Positions 37,454 to 46,741 are shown, numbered from the stretch's first letter. The stretch: DNA of 55,640 bases from a virus (IMGVR_UViG_3300027847_002824:1-55640); one strand, 5' to 3'. The notes: generated by a model not told the origin, from the sequence alone. Numbers and translations: made by a program.

Positions 37454-37482
37454 TTGACAGTCAAAATGATTTACTTTAACAT
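37454..37482 (+). promoter_or_regulatory. sigma70 promoter
   Basis: TTGACA-17 nt-TAACAT. Confidence 0.7.
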
Positions 37483-37488
37483 TCATAT

Positions 37489-37622
37489 CGTTAACTTGCG
37501 TTAGCGAAGGTCCGGTCCACGGGGGCACCGACTGTATGAACCTGATCGGTTTGGATTTGGATATGCAACTTGAAGATGAGTGAAGAGATCAGGGAAGTGC
37601 GATAAGCCCCCTATTTTTTTTT
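37489..37622 (+). ncRNA. candidate small structured RNA / thyA leader
   Basis: Hairpin 37489-37506; GGGGGC 37521-26/GCCCCC 37606-11; CCTGATC 37541-47/GATCAGG 37587-93; ends in T9. Confidence 0.5.
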
Positions 37623-37647
37623 ACATTGCTAATCTTTGGAGAGTTTA

Positions 37648-38514
37648 ATGTACTTAATGCAACCTTACGATGACGCTTTGCAAGAAATTCTTGATGATGG
37701 CGTTTACAGAACAAACAAAAGGACTGGCATTCGAACCAAATCTATCTTTGGAATGTTGAAGAGGTACAAGCTCAATACAGATTTTTTTCCTATTGCCACT
37801 CGCCGCAAGGTCTGGCCCGGTTCGGTGTTTTCAGAACTGATTTGGTTTCTTTCTGGTAGTACCAGCAATGAAGACCTCGAAGAACTCGGATGCAAATTTT
37901 GGAAACCGTGGGTGGATGACAGATTCACCACCAAGAATGGGTTTGAGGAAGGTGTGTTCGGTCCAGTTTATGGATTCCAACTGCGACACTTCGGCGGCTC
38001 TTACAACAAAGGCATCCACAACTCTTCTTATGGTCGTGGAGGAGTTGATCAACTTAAGTGGGTTGTCGAGCGGATCAAAGAAGACCCCAGTTGTCGTCGC
38101 ACGCTCTGGACGTTGTGGAATCCACAAGATGTTCCTAAGATGAAGCTGCCGCCGTGTCATATGATGTATCAAGTTCTCGTTGATGACGAGAGGCGTCTAA
38201 CTGGGATCATGACTCAAAGAAGCTGCGACTTCCCGATTGGAGTTCCGGCGAACATTCAGTTCTATGCAGCGTTGACTGTGATGATTGCTCAACAAACAGG
38301 TTGTGTGGCACATGAGTTTGTTCACGAGACGCATGACAGCCACATATACGAAGACCAGCTTGATGCTGTTAAGGAATATTTGTCCTTGCCTGAAATTGAT
38401 TCTCCAAAGCTGAAGATCAATAAAGCTGAAGACATCTACTCTTACCAGCCTAGTGATTTTGTTCTTACAGATTTCAATCCGGGGCCGAAATTAGAAATAC
38501 CGGTGGCGGTGTAA
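37648..38514 (+). CDS. thyA: thymidylate synthase
   Basis: RTGI, ELIWFLSG, GPVYGFQLR, LPPCH, QRSCD, GVPAN, DSHIY. Confidence 0.96.
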   Translation: MYLMQPYDDALQEILDDGVYRTNKRTGIRTKSIFGMLKRYKLNTDFFPIATRRKVWPGSVFSELIWFLSGSTSNEDLEELGCKFWKPWVDDRFTTKNGFEEGVFGPVYGFQLRHFGGSYNKGIHNSSYGRGGVDQLKWVVERIKEDPSCRRTLWTLWNPQDVPKMKLPPCHMMYQVLVDDERRLTGIMTQRSCDFPIGVPANIQFYAALTVMIAQQTGCVAHEFVHETHDSHIYEDQLDAVKEYLSLPEIDSPKLKINKAEDIYSYQPSDFVLTDFNPGPKLEIPVAV

Positions 38515-39209
38515 TGTTTAGAGTTCCTGCAATTAGGTCTTTTTGTTCACAAGCTCAAGCTAGAGCCAAATCAATTGGCACCTTGAATGATTCAATTCGT
38601 CAAGGTGCTGGTAATTATGTTGGCTGTCTTTTTGAAGTTGCTCATATGTGTTTGTTTGGTGGGGAAACATCAACCGGCAAAGACATTTATCAATATGACA
38701 TATTAGATCCCAAGTGGGGAAGGGTTGATTGTAAGTCGAAAGAGAGAACACTTCCAACAGTAGACCCAAACTGGGAGGCTTCGGTTGCCGACCATGCAGG
38801 AATGGGTGCGAATCAAGATTGTGACTATTATGCTTTTGGAAGTGTTTCAGTTGATTTTCAAAAGAATCCGACTTGGATATGGTTCATGGGCTATATCCCC
38901 AAAGCGGAATATTTCAATGGGAAAGACAATGCAGGAGAGATTCAAGGAGAAGAGTTTGATTCTCGTGGCAGAAAAATCAAGAGATGGAATGATTTAAGAA
39001 CTGGAGCAGAGTTTCGCAAAGAGGGTCTTCCTTACGATGACAATGGTTTTATTTGTAGTGAAGATTGTTGGAATAGAAAGTACAATTATTTGCATCAATA
39101 CAATGTTGCAGACATCCCTTATAAAAAGAATCTCGAAAATGTGATTAAACAATCAAAAACCCAAGGTTGGGGTGGGGATTTGAAGCATATATTGAAAGGC
39201 GAAAGATGA
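38514..39209 (+). CDS. hypothetical protein, possible PD-(D/E)xK nuclease
   Basis: YDILD...RVDCKSK; CDYYAF; sits between thyA and folA. Confidence 0.55.
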   Translation: MFRVPAIRSFCSQAQARAKSIGTLNDSIRQGAGNYVGCLFEVAHMCLFGGETSTGKDIYQYDILDPKWGRVDCKSKERTLPTVDPNWEASVADHAGMGANQDCDYYAFGSVSVDFQKNPTWIWFMGYIPKAEYFNGKDNAGEIQGEEFDSRGRKIKRWNDLRTGAEFRKEGLPYDDNGFICSEDCWNRKYNYLHQYNVADIPYKKNLENVIKQSKTQGWGGDLKHILKGER

Positions 39210-39706
39210 TCAGACTCATTGTAGCTTATGATGAAAATTTCCTAATTGGAAATGGCGATCAGATTCCTTGGAAGCTTCCAGAAGACATGAAGCATTTCAA
39301 AGAAACGACTATAGGCAAGTCTGTAATCATGGGTCGTAAGACTTGGGACTCTTTACCGCCCGGTTTCAAGCCATTGCCCAACAGAGTCAATTGTGTTGTC
39401 ACTCGTCGCAAGATTGAGGTGCCTCTTTACTTTGACCCCAATGATCCCAGTTGGAGCAACAGCCTTGAAAAAGCTGTTGCTGCTTGCCAAAAGACTATGG
39501 GAAATGGAGACATTTATATCATTGGCGGAAGTGAAGTTTATCGTCAAGCTTTGGAGTTAAACATAGTTGAAGAAATACTTGCTTCTGAAGTCAAAGGAGT
39601 TTATGAAGGAGATGTGTATTTTCCAAATATTCGAGAATTAGGTTGGACTGGATCAGTTGTCAAAGAATTTGATGACTTTTCTCTCGTGAAATACCTAAAA
39701 ACATAA
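39206..39706 (+). CDS. folA: dihydrofolate reductase
   Basis: IPWKLPEDMKHFK, IMGRKTWDSL, PLPNR, IIGGSEVY, GDVYFP. Confidence 0.96.
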   Translation: MIRLIVAYDENFLIGNGDQIPWKLPEDMKHFKETTIGKSVIMGRKTWDSLPPGFKPLPNRVNCVVTRRKIEVPLYFDPNDPSWSNSLEKAVAACQKTMGNGDIYIIGGSEVYRQALELNIVEEILASEVKGVYEGDVYFPNIRELGWTGSVVKEFDDFSLVKYLKT

Positions 39707-39769
39707 TACCAAAACGGCGAGACGTAGGAGTTCAGGTCTTCACGTCATAACAAGTTTTGTTGTTATTTT

Positions 39770-39800
39770 AAGCTCGCCGAAGAAATTCGGCGAGCTTTCT
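39770..39800 (+). terminator. intrinsic terminator
   Basis: AAGCTCGCCGAA-gaaa-TTCGGCGAGCTT. Confidence 0.8.
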
Positions 39801-39839
39801 CTGTTATATGAGTAATAAATAGTCATGGAGGTGTTTACC

Positions 39840-40076
39840 ATGGCAAGAAAGTCAAAAAGAAAAATTATTGCTCAAGAAGTAGAACAAAAAGAATTCGTAG
39901 ACCCAACAACGGTTGTGGCTATCGGATGGTTTTCTTTCAAAGCAATTGCTCAGTCGATTATTGGTTGGGTAGGTCTTAAGTGTTTCCTTAAATGGAAAGA
40001 TAAATGGTCGAATAGAGGAAAGATTGAAGAAAAAACTACAGAGCTTTCTACAGAAGAATCGGCAGCGTCGTCTTGA
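39840..40076 (+). CDS. small membrane-associated protein
   Basis: GGAGGTG RBS; central hydrophobic stretch. Confidence 0.65.
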   Translation: MARKSKRKIIAQEVEQKEFVDPTTVVAIGWFSFKAIAQSIIGWVGLKCFLKWKDKWSNRGKIEEKTTELSTEESAASS

Positions 40077-41406
40077 CATACATGTTCTGGGCGATGCGAT
40101 GGTTGATGAATATTACGAAGTCAAGGTAAATCGCATCAGTCCAGAATTTCCGATGCCGATCATGTTATCTTCTGAAGACAAGCCAATTAAACGTCCCGGT
40201 GGTGCTGCCAATGTAGCCTACCAATTTAAGCATTTTAACGCATCTGTGTCTCTTTTTTGTTTTCCAGATGAGAAGGCAGAGAAGGTTTTCAAGGAACACA
40301 AAGTAGATCGTTGGGGCTCTTTAGTTGATGTAAGAACGACTCTTCCAGTAAAGAGGAGATTTCTTGATGACGGAATTCAAATTACACGTCATGACATAGA
40401 GTCTCCTTTATGTGGTGTTAGCGAAGACATAATAGATTTCTATACAGAATCTTTATGCCAAGAAATTTCCAAGAGAAAAATGAATCCCGATGTTGTGATC
40501 TTGTCGGATTACAATAAGGGATTTTTTCATGGAGATGAAGGAAGCATTTTGGGTCAGTATCACAATTCGATAACTATTGTTGATCCCAAAAAAGGTCCAC
40601 TTCGTAAATGGCGTGGCTGTAGTATTTTTAAGCCAAATGCAAAAGAGGCATTTGATTTAAGTGGAAAAACAAAATGGAAAGAACAAGCTAAGTATTTTCA
40701 GAACGAACTTGAGTGTGAATCAGTTGTAATAACTGACGGTGGCAGAAAAGTGTCTGGCGTTCATAAAGATAAGTTCTTTTGTTTCACTCCTGACAAACAA
40801 GTAGAAGTAGAAAGTGTCATCGGGGCTGGTGATACTTTTTGTGTATTCTTGGCTATGGCTGTGGGACATGGATTTTCAGTACCAGAAGCATCTGAAATTG
40901 CATGGAACGCTGGTGCCGTATATGTCCAGAATAAAATGAATCGACCGATTGTGCCAGCGGAGATATCTGCTAACAACATTGTATGTCCAGAAGATTTGGC
41001 GAGTCGAGACTTTAAGCTTGTATTCACCAATGGATGCTTTGATTTATTACACGAAGGCCATCTTCAGACTCTCAGGTTTGCTCGTGAGAAGGGAGACAAG
41101 CTTGTAGTGGCTCTGAACTCGGATGAGAGCATCAAGCGTCTTAAAGGGGACGACAGGCCCATTAAACCTCTTGATCAAAGGATGGCAGTGGTAGCCGCTT
41201 TAGAGATGGTCGATTTTGTGGTGAGTTTTGAAGAAGATACACCACTTGAGGTTATTAAGAAGATCAAACCAGATGTTTTGGTTAAGGGTGACGGGTATTG
41301 CATAGATAATGTAGTCGGGGCAGATGTTGTGTCGGAAGTTTTTATCGCACCTTCCGTGGAAGGTCTTTCTACTACAGGATTTTTGAAATGCAATATAAGA
41401 AACTAG
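40024..41406 (+). CDS. hldE: bifunctional heptose 7-phosphate kinase / heptose 1-phosphate adenylyltransferase
   Basis: GDAMVDEY, RISPE, PGGAANVA, SDYNKG, VDPK, GAGDTF; FTNGCFDLLHEGH, LNSDESIKRLKG. Confidence 0.93.
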   Translation: MKKKLQSFLQKNRQRRLDIHVLGDAMVDEYYEVKVNRISPEFPMPIMLSSEDKPIKRPGGAANVAYQFKHFNASVSLFCFPDEKAEKVFKEHKVDRWGSLVDVRTTLPVKRRFLDDGIQITRHDIESPLCGVSEDIIDFYTESLCQEISKRKMNPDVVILSDYNKGFFHGDEGSILGQYHNSITIVDPKKGPLRKWRGCSIFKPNAKEAFDLSGKTKWKEQAKYFQNELECESVVITDGGRKVSGVHKDKFFCFTPDKQVEVESVIGAGDTFCVFLAMAVGHGFSVPEASEIAWNAGAVYVQNKMNRPIVPAEISANNIVCPEDLASRDFKLVFTNGCFDLLHEGHLQTLRFAREKGDKLVVALNSDESIKRLKGDDRPIKPLDQRMAVVAALEMVDFVVSFEEDTPLEVIKKIKPDVLVKGDGYCIDNVVGADVVSEVFIAPSVEGLSTTGFLKCNIRN

Positions 41407-41481
41407 AAGGAGAAAAGTTTGGGGAATTGAATGTTTTAGAGTAGATTTTCATGCCTTCTTCTGCGACAACCACAAGAAACT

Positions 41482-41835
41482 ATGGCTCCCGATTTAAGAT
41501 GTCCAAAGAGTCCGCAGCATAAAATCAGGAAAACTGCGAGCAAAATGGCTTGGTATGGGTTAAAGAAAAATCATTCAAGCAAAAGAGGTGGCAGTCTTTG
41601 GAATTCCCTTCCTTACACAGCAAATGATCTTAAGGTACATTTAGAGAGTCAGTTTGAGGGTTGGATGACTTGGGAAATTTATGGTTCTGGGTGGAGCATA
41701 GATCATATTAAGCCGCAGTCGAGTTTTTCTTACACATCAATGGAAGATCAACAATTTCAGGAGTGTTGGGAGTTGAAAAACTTACGACCCCTTTCAAATT
41801 TAGAAAACTTGAAGAAAGGGTCGAAGTTAATTTAA
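41482..41835 (+). CDS. HNH endonuclease-like protein (possibly N-truncated)
   Basis: HLESQF..WMTW..YG..WSIDHIKP..NLRPL..NLKKG. Confidence 0.75.
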   Translation: MAPDLRCPKSPQHKIRKTASKMAWYGLKKNHSSKRGGSLWNSLPYTANDLKVHLESQFEGWMTWEIYGSGWSIDHIKPQSSFSYTSMEDQQFQECWELKNLRPLSNLENLKKGSKLI

Positions 41836-41842
41836 CTTGTGG

Positions 41843-42031
41843 TTAGTCTTTGACTTTGCAGCAACAGTCTTCGCAGTCGCAAACGTCTTTGCAAGTGCCA
41901 TCGCAGCAGCAATGACCATCTTCGACGTTACATGTGCATTCATCAACACAGTTGTCGCAACAACTGTCAGACGCACAACCAGCAAATAGACACAAGGCAA
42001 AAGCCATTAGAAATGCGGATAGATATCGCAT
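41843..42031 (-). CDS. Cys-rich metallothionein-like lipoprotein (62 aa)
   Basis: GGAGG RBS; signal peptide with lipobox FAGC; 14 further Cys in the following 43 aa. Confidence 0.75.
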   Translation of the reverse strand: MRYLSAFLMAFALCLFAGCASDSCCDNCVDECTCNVEDGHCCCDGTCKDVCDCEDCCCKVKD

Positions 42032-42084
42032 AAATCCTCCTGATATGTTAAGGTTGTAATTATCTATGGAGGGTAGGGGGAAAT

Positions 42085-42366
42085 TTGAGACATGGACAAA
42101 AACTTGTAAACAAAGTTCACAAGAAGAAATCAGAAGGAAAATGTTATCTGTGCGGGGAAGAAGATTATGCAGTTTTGGATTGTCATAGAATAATTCCCGG
42201 AGAAGATGGAGGAAGATATGTTGAATCAAATGTCCTAGTGACATGCGCTAACTGTCATAGAAAAATACATGATGATCAGATTGTGATCGACCGGAAATAT
42301 AACACAACTTCAGGAACAACTGTTTTGCATTTTTGGGACGAAGATGGTGAAGAGCAATGGGTTTAG
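42085..42366 (+). CDS. HNH endonuclease
   Basis: CYLC, HRIIPGEDGG, NVLVTCANCHRKIH. Confidence 0.85.
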   Translation: MRHGQKLVNKVHKKKSEGKCYLCGEEDYAVLDCHRIIPGEDGGRYVESNVLVTCANCHRKIHDDQIVIDRKYNTTSGTTVLHFWDEDGEEQWV

Positions 42367-42512
42367 AAGGAAAAGGAGAGTGTGATCATGTAAAAAAGCT
42401 TTCAGATTACCCAGAATTAGGAACAAATTTGGATAACGGCGTCACTTTGTGTGAATGTTGTCATAAAAAAACGTATGGCAAAGAAGAGTTGTACGAAGAG
42501 AAGTGGGTTTAG
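42357..42512 (+). pseudogene. minimal HNH fragment (51 aa) flanked by 13-bp direct repeats
   Basis: CDHVKKLSDYPELGTNLDNGVTLCECCHKK; TGGGTTTAGAAGG at 42358-42370 and 42504-42516. Confidence 0.6.
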
Positions 42513-42531
42513 AAGGCTAAATACCTTCGTT

Positions 42532-42885
42532 ATGAAATCATTTAAGAACTGGCTAGAAGATGTAGGTGGGAAAAACCTGAACTCCATGGGAGCGGATATG
42601 AATCCTACGAATACTGCTCAAGACACAGGCCAAGCCGTTACTGATTTCACTTCAACAAATGCCTCGAATCCTATGATCACTAAGTTGATGGGGGCGGGAA
42701 ACGGACCACAGCAAAACAGTTTGCTCACAAAGATTTCTTCAAATGTTTTGGACACTCAAAACAACCCCAACAATCTTAAATTTGATCAAGGTGATGTCAT
42801 GCGTCAACTTTCTCTTCAATTTCTTGGGCAACCAATGAGAGGAATGATGAGACGAATGATGGCTAAAAAGATGGGGAAGAAATGA
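42532..42885 (+). CDS. protein with MKSFKNWLED N-terminus (candidate internal virion protein)
   Basis: TAAATA 8 nt upstream; CTS-like motif. Confidence 0.7.
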   Translation: MKSFKNWLEDVGGKNLNSMGADMNPTNTAQDTGQAVTDFTSTNASNPMITKLMGAGNGPQQNSLLTKISSNVLDTQNNPNNLKFDQGDVMRQLSLQFLGQPMRGMMRRMMAKKMGKK

Positions 42886-43208
42886 CGTTCAAGGAATTCT
42901 TACAGAAAGAGGATCTTCAAGGTCTCTTCGGGAATCCCGTTAAGTCCAATCCGGCCAGAGTGGATCACGCTCTTGATAAAAAGTTTTTTCAACAAGCAGC
43001 AATGACTCCTTCCACAAAAAAAAGAGGCGGAAGCGATATCAAGAGAATGTTGGGAGGACAAAAAACAATGTCCAAAGCCGTCATGCCTTCCGGTGATTTA
43101 CTAACTTCTGTAACTATAAAGCCCAATAAAGCTGGAGAATTCTTTAAGGCACCAAAAAATGGTTCGACTAAGAAAGTAAAATCTCCAATGGGACTTTCTT
43201 CAACTTAA
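42882..43208 (+). CDS. protein with MTFKEFLQKE N-terminus (candidate internal virion protein)
   Basis: ATGA coupling; CTS-like motif. Confidence 0.7.
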   Translation: MTFKEFLQKEDLQGLFGNPVKSNPARVDHALDKKFFQQAAMTPSTKKRGGSDIKRMLGGQKTMSKAVMPSGDLLTSVTIKPNKAGEFFKAPKNGSTKKVKSPMGLSST

Positions 43209-43230
43209 AGCATTTTCTTTAATATACCTC

Positions 43231-43259
43231 TTGTAATGTTTTTCCCTTGGCTGTATACT
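43231..43259 (+). promoter_or_regulatory. sigma70 promoter of prkA
   Basis: TTGTAA-17 nt-TATACT. Confidence 0.7.
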
Positions 43260-43296
43260 CCGTGCATATTCAGTCAACTTACAAGGGGATTTGTAA

Positions 43297-45396
43297 ATGG
43301 AAAACATTAAAGAAACAACGCCGAGCAGTAACGCTCTTAAACAATATGCTTCGATGTACAATCGTGACGAGTTCCTCACGTTGAATGAGGAGATGAGTTT
43401 TGGTGAGTACATTGAACTTTTGAAGAAGAAGCCAAAGTTGGCACGTAATGCTTTTCAATACGTGTACGACACAATCATGTCCAAAGGGACAGAAACTTTC
43501 ACAAGGCATCGTCGTAAGCACACGAGATACAATTTCTTCAGTGATTCCGATTATCCAATTTTTGGACTTGAAGAAACTTTGATGGACCTTGTTGATTTTA
43601 TTCATGGTGCTGCTGGGCATTATGGAACAGAGAAGAGAGTTCTTCTTTTACACGGACCTGTTGGTTCGTCTAAATCCACAATTTGTCGTGTATTGAAAAA
43701 GGGTCTTGAAGCATACAGTCGAACTGACGAAGGTGCTTGGTACACTTACAAGTGGGTTGATCTTCCCTTTGAAGGACCAGACGGTATTTATAACACTGAT
43801 AAGTGTGATGCCGCTATGCACGACAGTCCTCTTCGTTTGCTCCCAAGAGAGATGCGAGACGAAGTGCTTAAAGACATCAACACTATCCATGTGGATCAAG
43901 CCCCTGATGGAGAAAAGCATTCCGTCTACGAATTGATTTGCGAAGGTGAGCCCAACCCTCGTTGCAAGTTGTTCATGAAAGAGCTTCTTGAAAAGTACGA
44001 TGGTGATTGGCTTAAGGTTGTTGAGAATCATATTCGTGTTGTGCGTCAGTGTCACTCTGAATCGGATCGTATTGGAATTGGAACATTCCAGCCGAAGGAC
44101 GAGAAGAACCAAGATAGCACCGAGCTTACCGGAGATATGAACTTCGCTAAGATTGGCCACTTTGGTTCTGACTCCGATCCAAGAGCTTTCAACTTCGATG
44201 GAGAGTTTGAAGTTGGAAATCGTGGAGTGGTTGAGTTCATCGAAATGTTGAAGCTCGACAATGCTTTCCTTTATGATCTTCTTGGTGTTTCTCAAGAACA
44301 CCAGATCAAGCCTAAGAAGTTCGCTCAGATTGTTGTGGATGAGCTTATCATTGCTCACACCAACAACCCTGAGTACGAAAAGCTGAAGGCCAATCAGTTC
44401 ATGGAAGCTCTACGAGACCGTACTGTTAAAGTAGATGTTCCTTATCTGCTTCGCTGGTCGGATGAGCTTAAAGTTCTGGAACAGGATTATGGTACAGATA
44501 AAGTTAAGCAGCACATCATGCCTCATACTCTTGAGATTGCGGCATTCTTCGACATCTTGACACGTCTTGAAGATGACGGTGATGGAAAGCTTGATTTGCG
44601 TGACAAAGCTAAGCTTTATGATGGTCGAGCCATCCCCGGTTGGACTGAAGATACCGTTAAAGAGCTTCGTGATAAGTTCACCGAAGAAGGGATGTCATCT
44701 GGAGTTTCGGCTCGTTACACGCAAGATAAGATTTCAAACTGTCTTGCACGACACAAGGATTACATCAATGTTTTCCATGTGATGAGCGAAATCAAGAAGG
44801 GTTTGAGCATTTCCTCTCTAATTACTAATGTAGAGGATCGTAAGCGATACGAATATTGTGCTGAACTCGCCATTAAGGAACTGGATGAAATCTTGAAGAA
44901 CGAAGTCCAAAGAGCATTGGTTGCAGACGAAAAAGCAATCGAGAGACTTTGCAACAAATACATTGACAATGTGATTGCTTATGTCAATGCAGAAAAGATG
45001 ATCCATCCAATCACAGAAGAGTTGATGGACCCTGACGAGCGATTGATGAGAAGCATCGAAGAGAAGAATGGCATCCCAGAACAGGGTTGCGATGACTTCC
45101 GACGATCTCTTGCGGCCTTTATTGGAACTCTCGTTCACAGAGGCAAGAAGTTTGCATGGGACTCTAACGAAGAGCTTAAACGAGCTTTAGAGGCCAAGGT
45201 CTTTGAAGATGTCAAGGATACAGTCAAGCTGGCTTCTCTTACCAAAGAAGCAGCCGATCTTGATCCTGAGCTTCAAGAGAAGATCGACGCAATCAAAACT
45301 CGTCTGATTAAGCAGTACGGTTATAACCAACAGTCTGCTACAGATGTGCTCGATTATGTTTCTTCCATCTTCGCTCGTGGCGATACCTCCGAGTAG
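43297..45396 (+). CDS. prkA: PrkA/YeaG AAA+ serine protein kinase
   Basis: LLHGPVGSSKST, IGTFQPKDEKNQDSTELTG, SDPRAF, NRGVVEFIEMLK, IAHTN, EALRDR, APH-like MPHTLE. Confidence 0.95.
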   Translation: MENIKETTPSSNALKQYASMYNRDEFLTLNEEMSFGEYIELLKKKPKLARNAFQYVYDTIMSKGTETFTRHRRKHTRYNFFSDSDYPIFGLEETLMDLVDFIHGAAGHYGTEKRVLLLHGPVGSSKSTICRVLKKGLEAYSRTDEGAWYTYKWVDLPFEGPDGIYNTDKCDAAMHDSPLRLLPREMRDEVLKDINTIHVDQAPDGEKHSVYELICEGEPNPRCKLFMKELLEKYDGDWLKVVENHIRVVRQCHSESDRIGIGTFQPKDEKNQDSTELTGDMNFAKIGHFGSDSDPRAFNFDGEFEVGNRGVVEFIEMLKLDNAFLYDLLGVSQEHQIKPKKFAQIVVDELIIAHTNNPEYEKLKANQFMEALRDRTVKVDVPYLLRWSDELKVLEQDYGTDKVKQHIMPHTLEIAAFFDILTRLEDDGDGKLDLRDKAKLYDGRAIPGWTEDTVKELRDKFTEEGMSSGVSARYTQDKISNCLARHKDYINVFHVMSEIKKGLSISSLITNVEDRKRYEYCAELAIKELDEILKNEVQRALVADEKAIERLCNKYIDNVIAYVNAEKMIHPITEELMDPDERLMRSIEEKNGIPEQGCDDFRRSLAAFIGTLVHRGKKFAWDSNEELKRALEAKVFEDVKDTVKLASLTKEAADLDPELQEKIDAIKTRLIKQYGYNQQSATDVLDYVSSIFARGDTSE

Positions 45397-45407
45397 GTGA
45401 CTGAGTG

Positions 45408-45452
45408 GCGGTGACGGTGGAAGCTCCATAGCTCTGCCGTTACCGCTTTTTT
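45408..45452 (+). terminator. terminator-like hairpin between prkA and yeaH
   Basis: GCGGTGACGGTGG/CTGCCGTTACCGC stem plus T6. Confidence 0.65.
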
Positions 45453-45478
45453 CTTAAAAGGCTTACAAGGAAAAGATC

Positions 45479-46741
45479 ATGCCGAAGCGAATTCAAGAAG
45501 ACCACAAAAAATTCCGGGATGTAATTTCCGGTAGAACAAGACGTGAGCTAAAACGTCTCATCAGCAATGGTGGGCTTGTTCGTCGTCGTCCAAAGGGCGG
45601 CAAGATGACGATTAGCATTCCTCAAATCGATATTCCTCACTTTGTCTTTGGAGACAATGGAGAGGGAGTTGGAAGAGGGCCGGGCAAAGAAGGTGACGTT
45701 GTTGGTCGTGATCCACAACCGGGTCAAGGCGAAGGCGGTGCCGGTGAAGACCCCGGTGAAGGCATCAACATTACGATAGACATGGATGATGTTTATCGTT
45801 TGATGGAGGAAGATTTAGAGCTTCCTCGAATGAGGCCCAAACCTAATGAAACTTTTGAAAGTGTCAGAATCAGATATAATGACATTTCTAAAGTTGGCTT
45901 AAACTCTTTGCGTCATCCTCGACGCACGATGATGGAAGCAATGAAGCGTCTGGCTATGACTGGGCAACTGGATGATCTTCATTATGCGAATAATTCAAAA
46001 ATTCCAATGAAGATCATTACTCCAATCAATAGTGATTTTAGGTATCGTCAGTTTAAGGAAATAAAGATACCTTCTTCGAATGCTGTCATCTTCTTCGCAA
46101 GAGACTGTTCTGGCTCTATGGATGATTACAGATGCGACATCGTTAGCGATATGTCGTGGTGGATTGATTGCTGGATCAGAAGGTTCTACAAGAGAGTTGA
46201 GAGATGCTACTTCGTTCATGATACTCGTGCTCAAGAGGTCAACGAAGAAGAATTCTACAGCTATCGATATGGCGGCGGAACAATGTGTTCTTCTGCGTTT
46301 CGATCAATTGCTGATCAGCTTGAGAACAGATTCCCGCCATCTAACTTTAATGTCTACATCTTTTACTTCTCTGATGGAGACAACTGGGGTGGAGATAATC
46401 AGAAGATGGTTGAAATCATCAAAGAAGAGCTTGGTCCAGACAGGATCAACATGATTGGCATTTCTCAGATTTGCTCTTGGAGATATCAAGATAGCGTTAA
46501 GGCGTATATTGATGAATCTCTTAAGAACGGAAAACTCAATAAAGACTATTTGAGAACTGCGGGGATTGGACAAGACGAAGAAGACAACGATAGTGACACT
46601 AACTCTTTCGGAGGCAATTGGGGATATTCTCCAGATTTGTCAGAAGAGGATAGAAACTCTCAAATCATTGGTGCCATTAAAAGATTGTTAGCGGCAGATC
46701 AATCAGTTGGAGCATCCCTTGATTATGTGGGAGGAGACTGA
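45479..46741 (+). CDS. yeaH: YeaH/YhbH (DUF444) vWA-domain protein
   Basis: Gly-rich GEGVGRGPGKEGD, DFRY, SNAVIFFARDCSGSM (MIDAS), GGTMCSSA, YFSDGDNW. Confidence 0.93.
   Translation: MPKRIQEDHKKFRDVISGRTRRELKRLISNGGLVRRRPKGGKMTISIPQIDIPHFVFGDNGEGVGRGPGKEGDVVGRDPQPGQGEGGAGEDPGEGINITIDMDDVYRLMEEDLELPRMRPKPNETFESVRIRYNDISKVGLNSLRHPRRTMMEAMKRLAMTGQLDDLHYANNSKIPMKIITPINSDFRYRQFKEIKIPSSNAVIFFARDCSGSMDDYRCDIVSDMSWWIDCWIRRFYKRVERCYFVHDTRAQEVNEEEFYSYRYGGGTMCSSAFRSIADQLENRFPPSNFNVYIFYFSDGDNWGGDNQKMVEIIKEELGPDRINMIGISQICSWRYQDSVKAYIDESLKNGKLNKDYLRTAGIGQDEEDNDSDTNSFGGNWGYSPDLSEEDRNSQIIGAIKRLLAADQSVGASLDYVGGD

Noticed and set aside
37489-37622. tRNA, tmRNA or ZTP/THF riboswitch identity for the thyA leader
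   Set aside because: No cloverleaf, T-loop or CCA end; CCACGGGGGCAC resembles part of the ZTP motif but the 3' CGCCTGGG element is missing
43648-44358. 236-aa minus-strand ORF and similar antisense ORFs (7552..8094, 47840..48352, 35568..36080)
   Set aside because: Fully overlap well-supported genes on the opposite strand; typical codon-bias shadows
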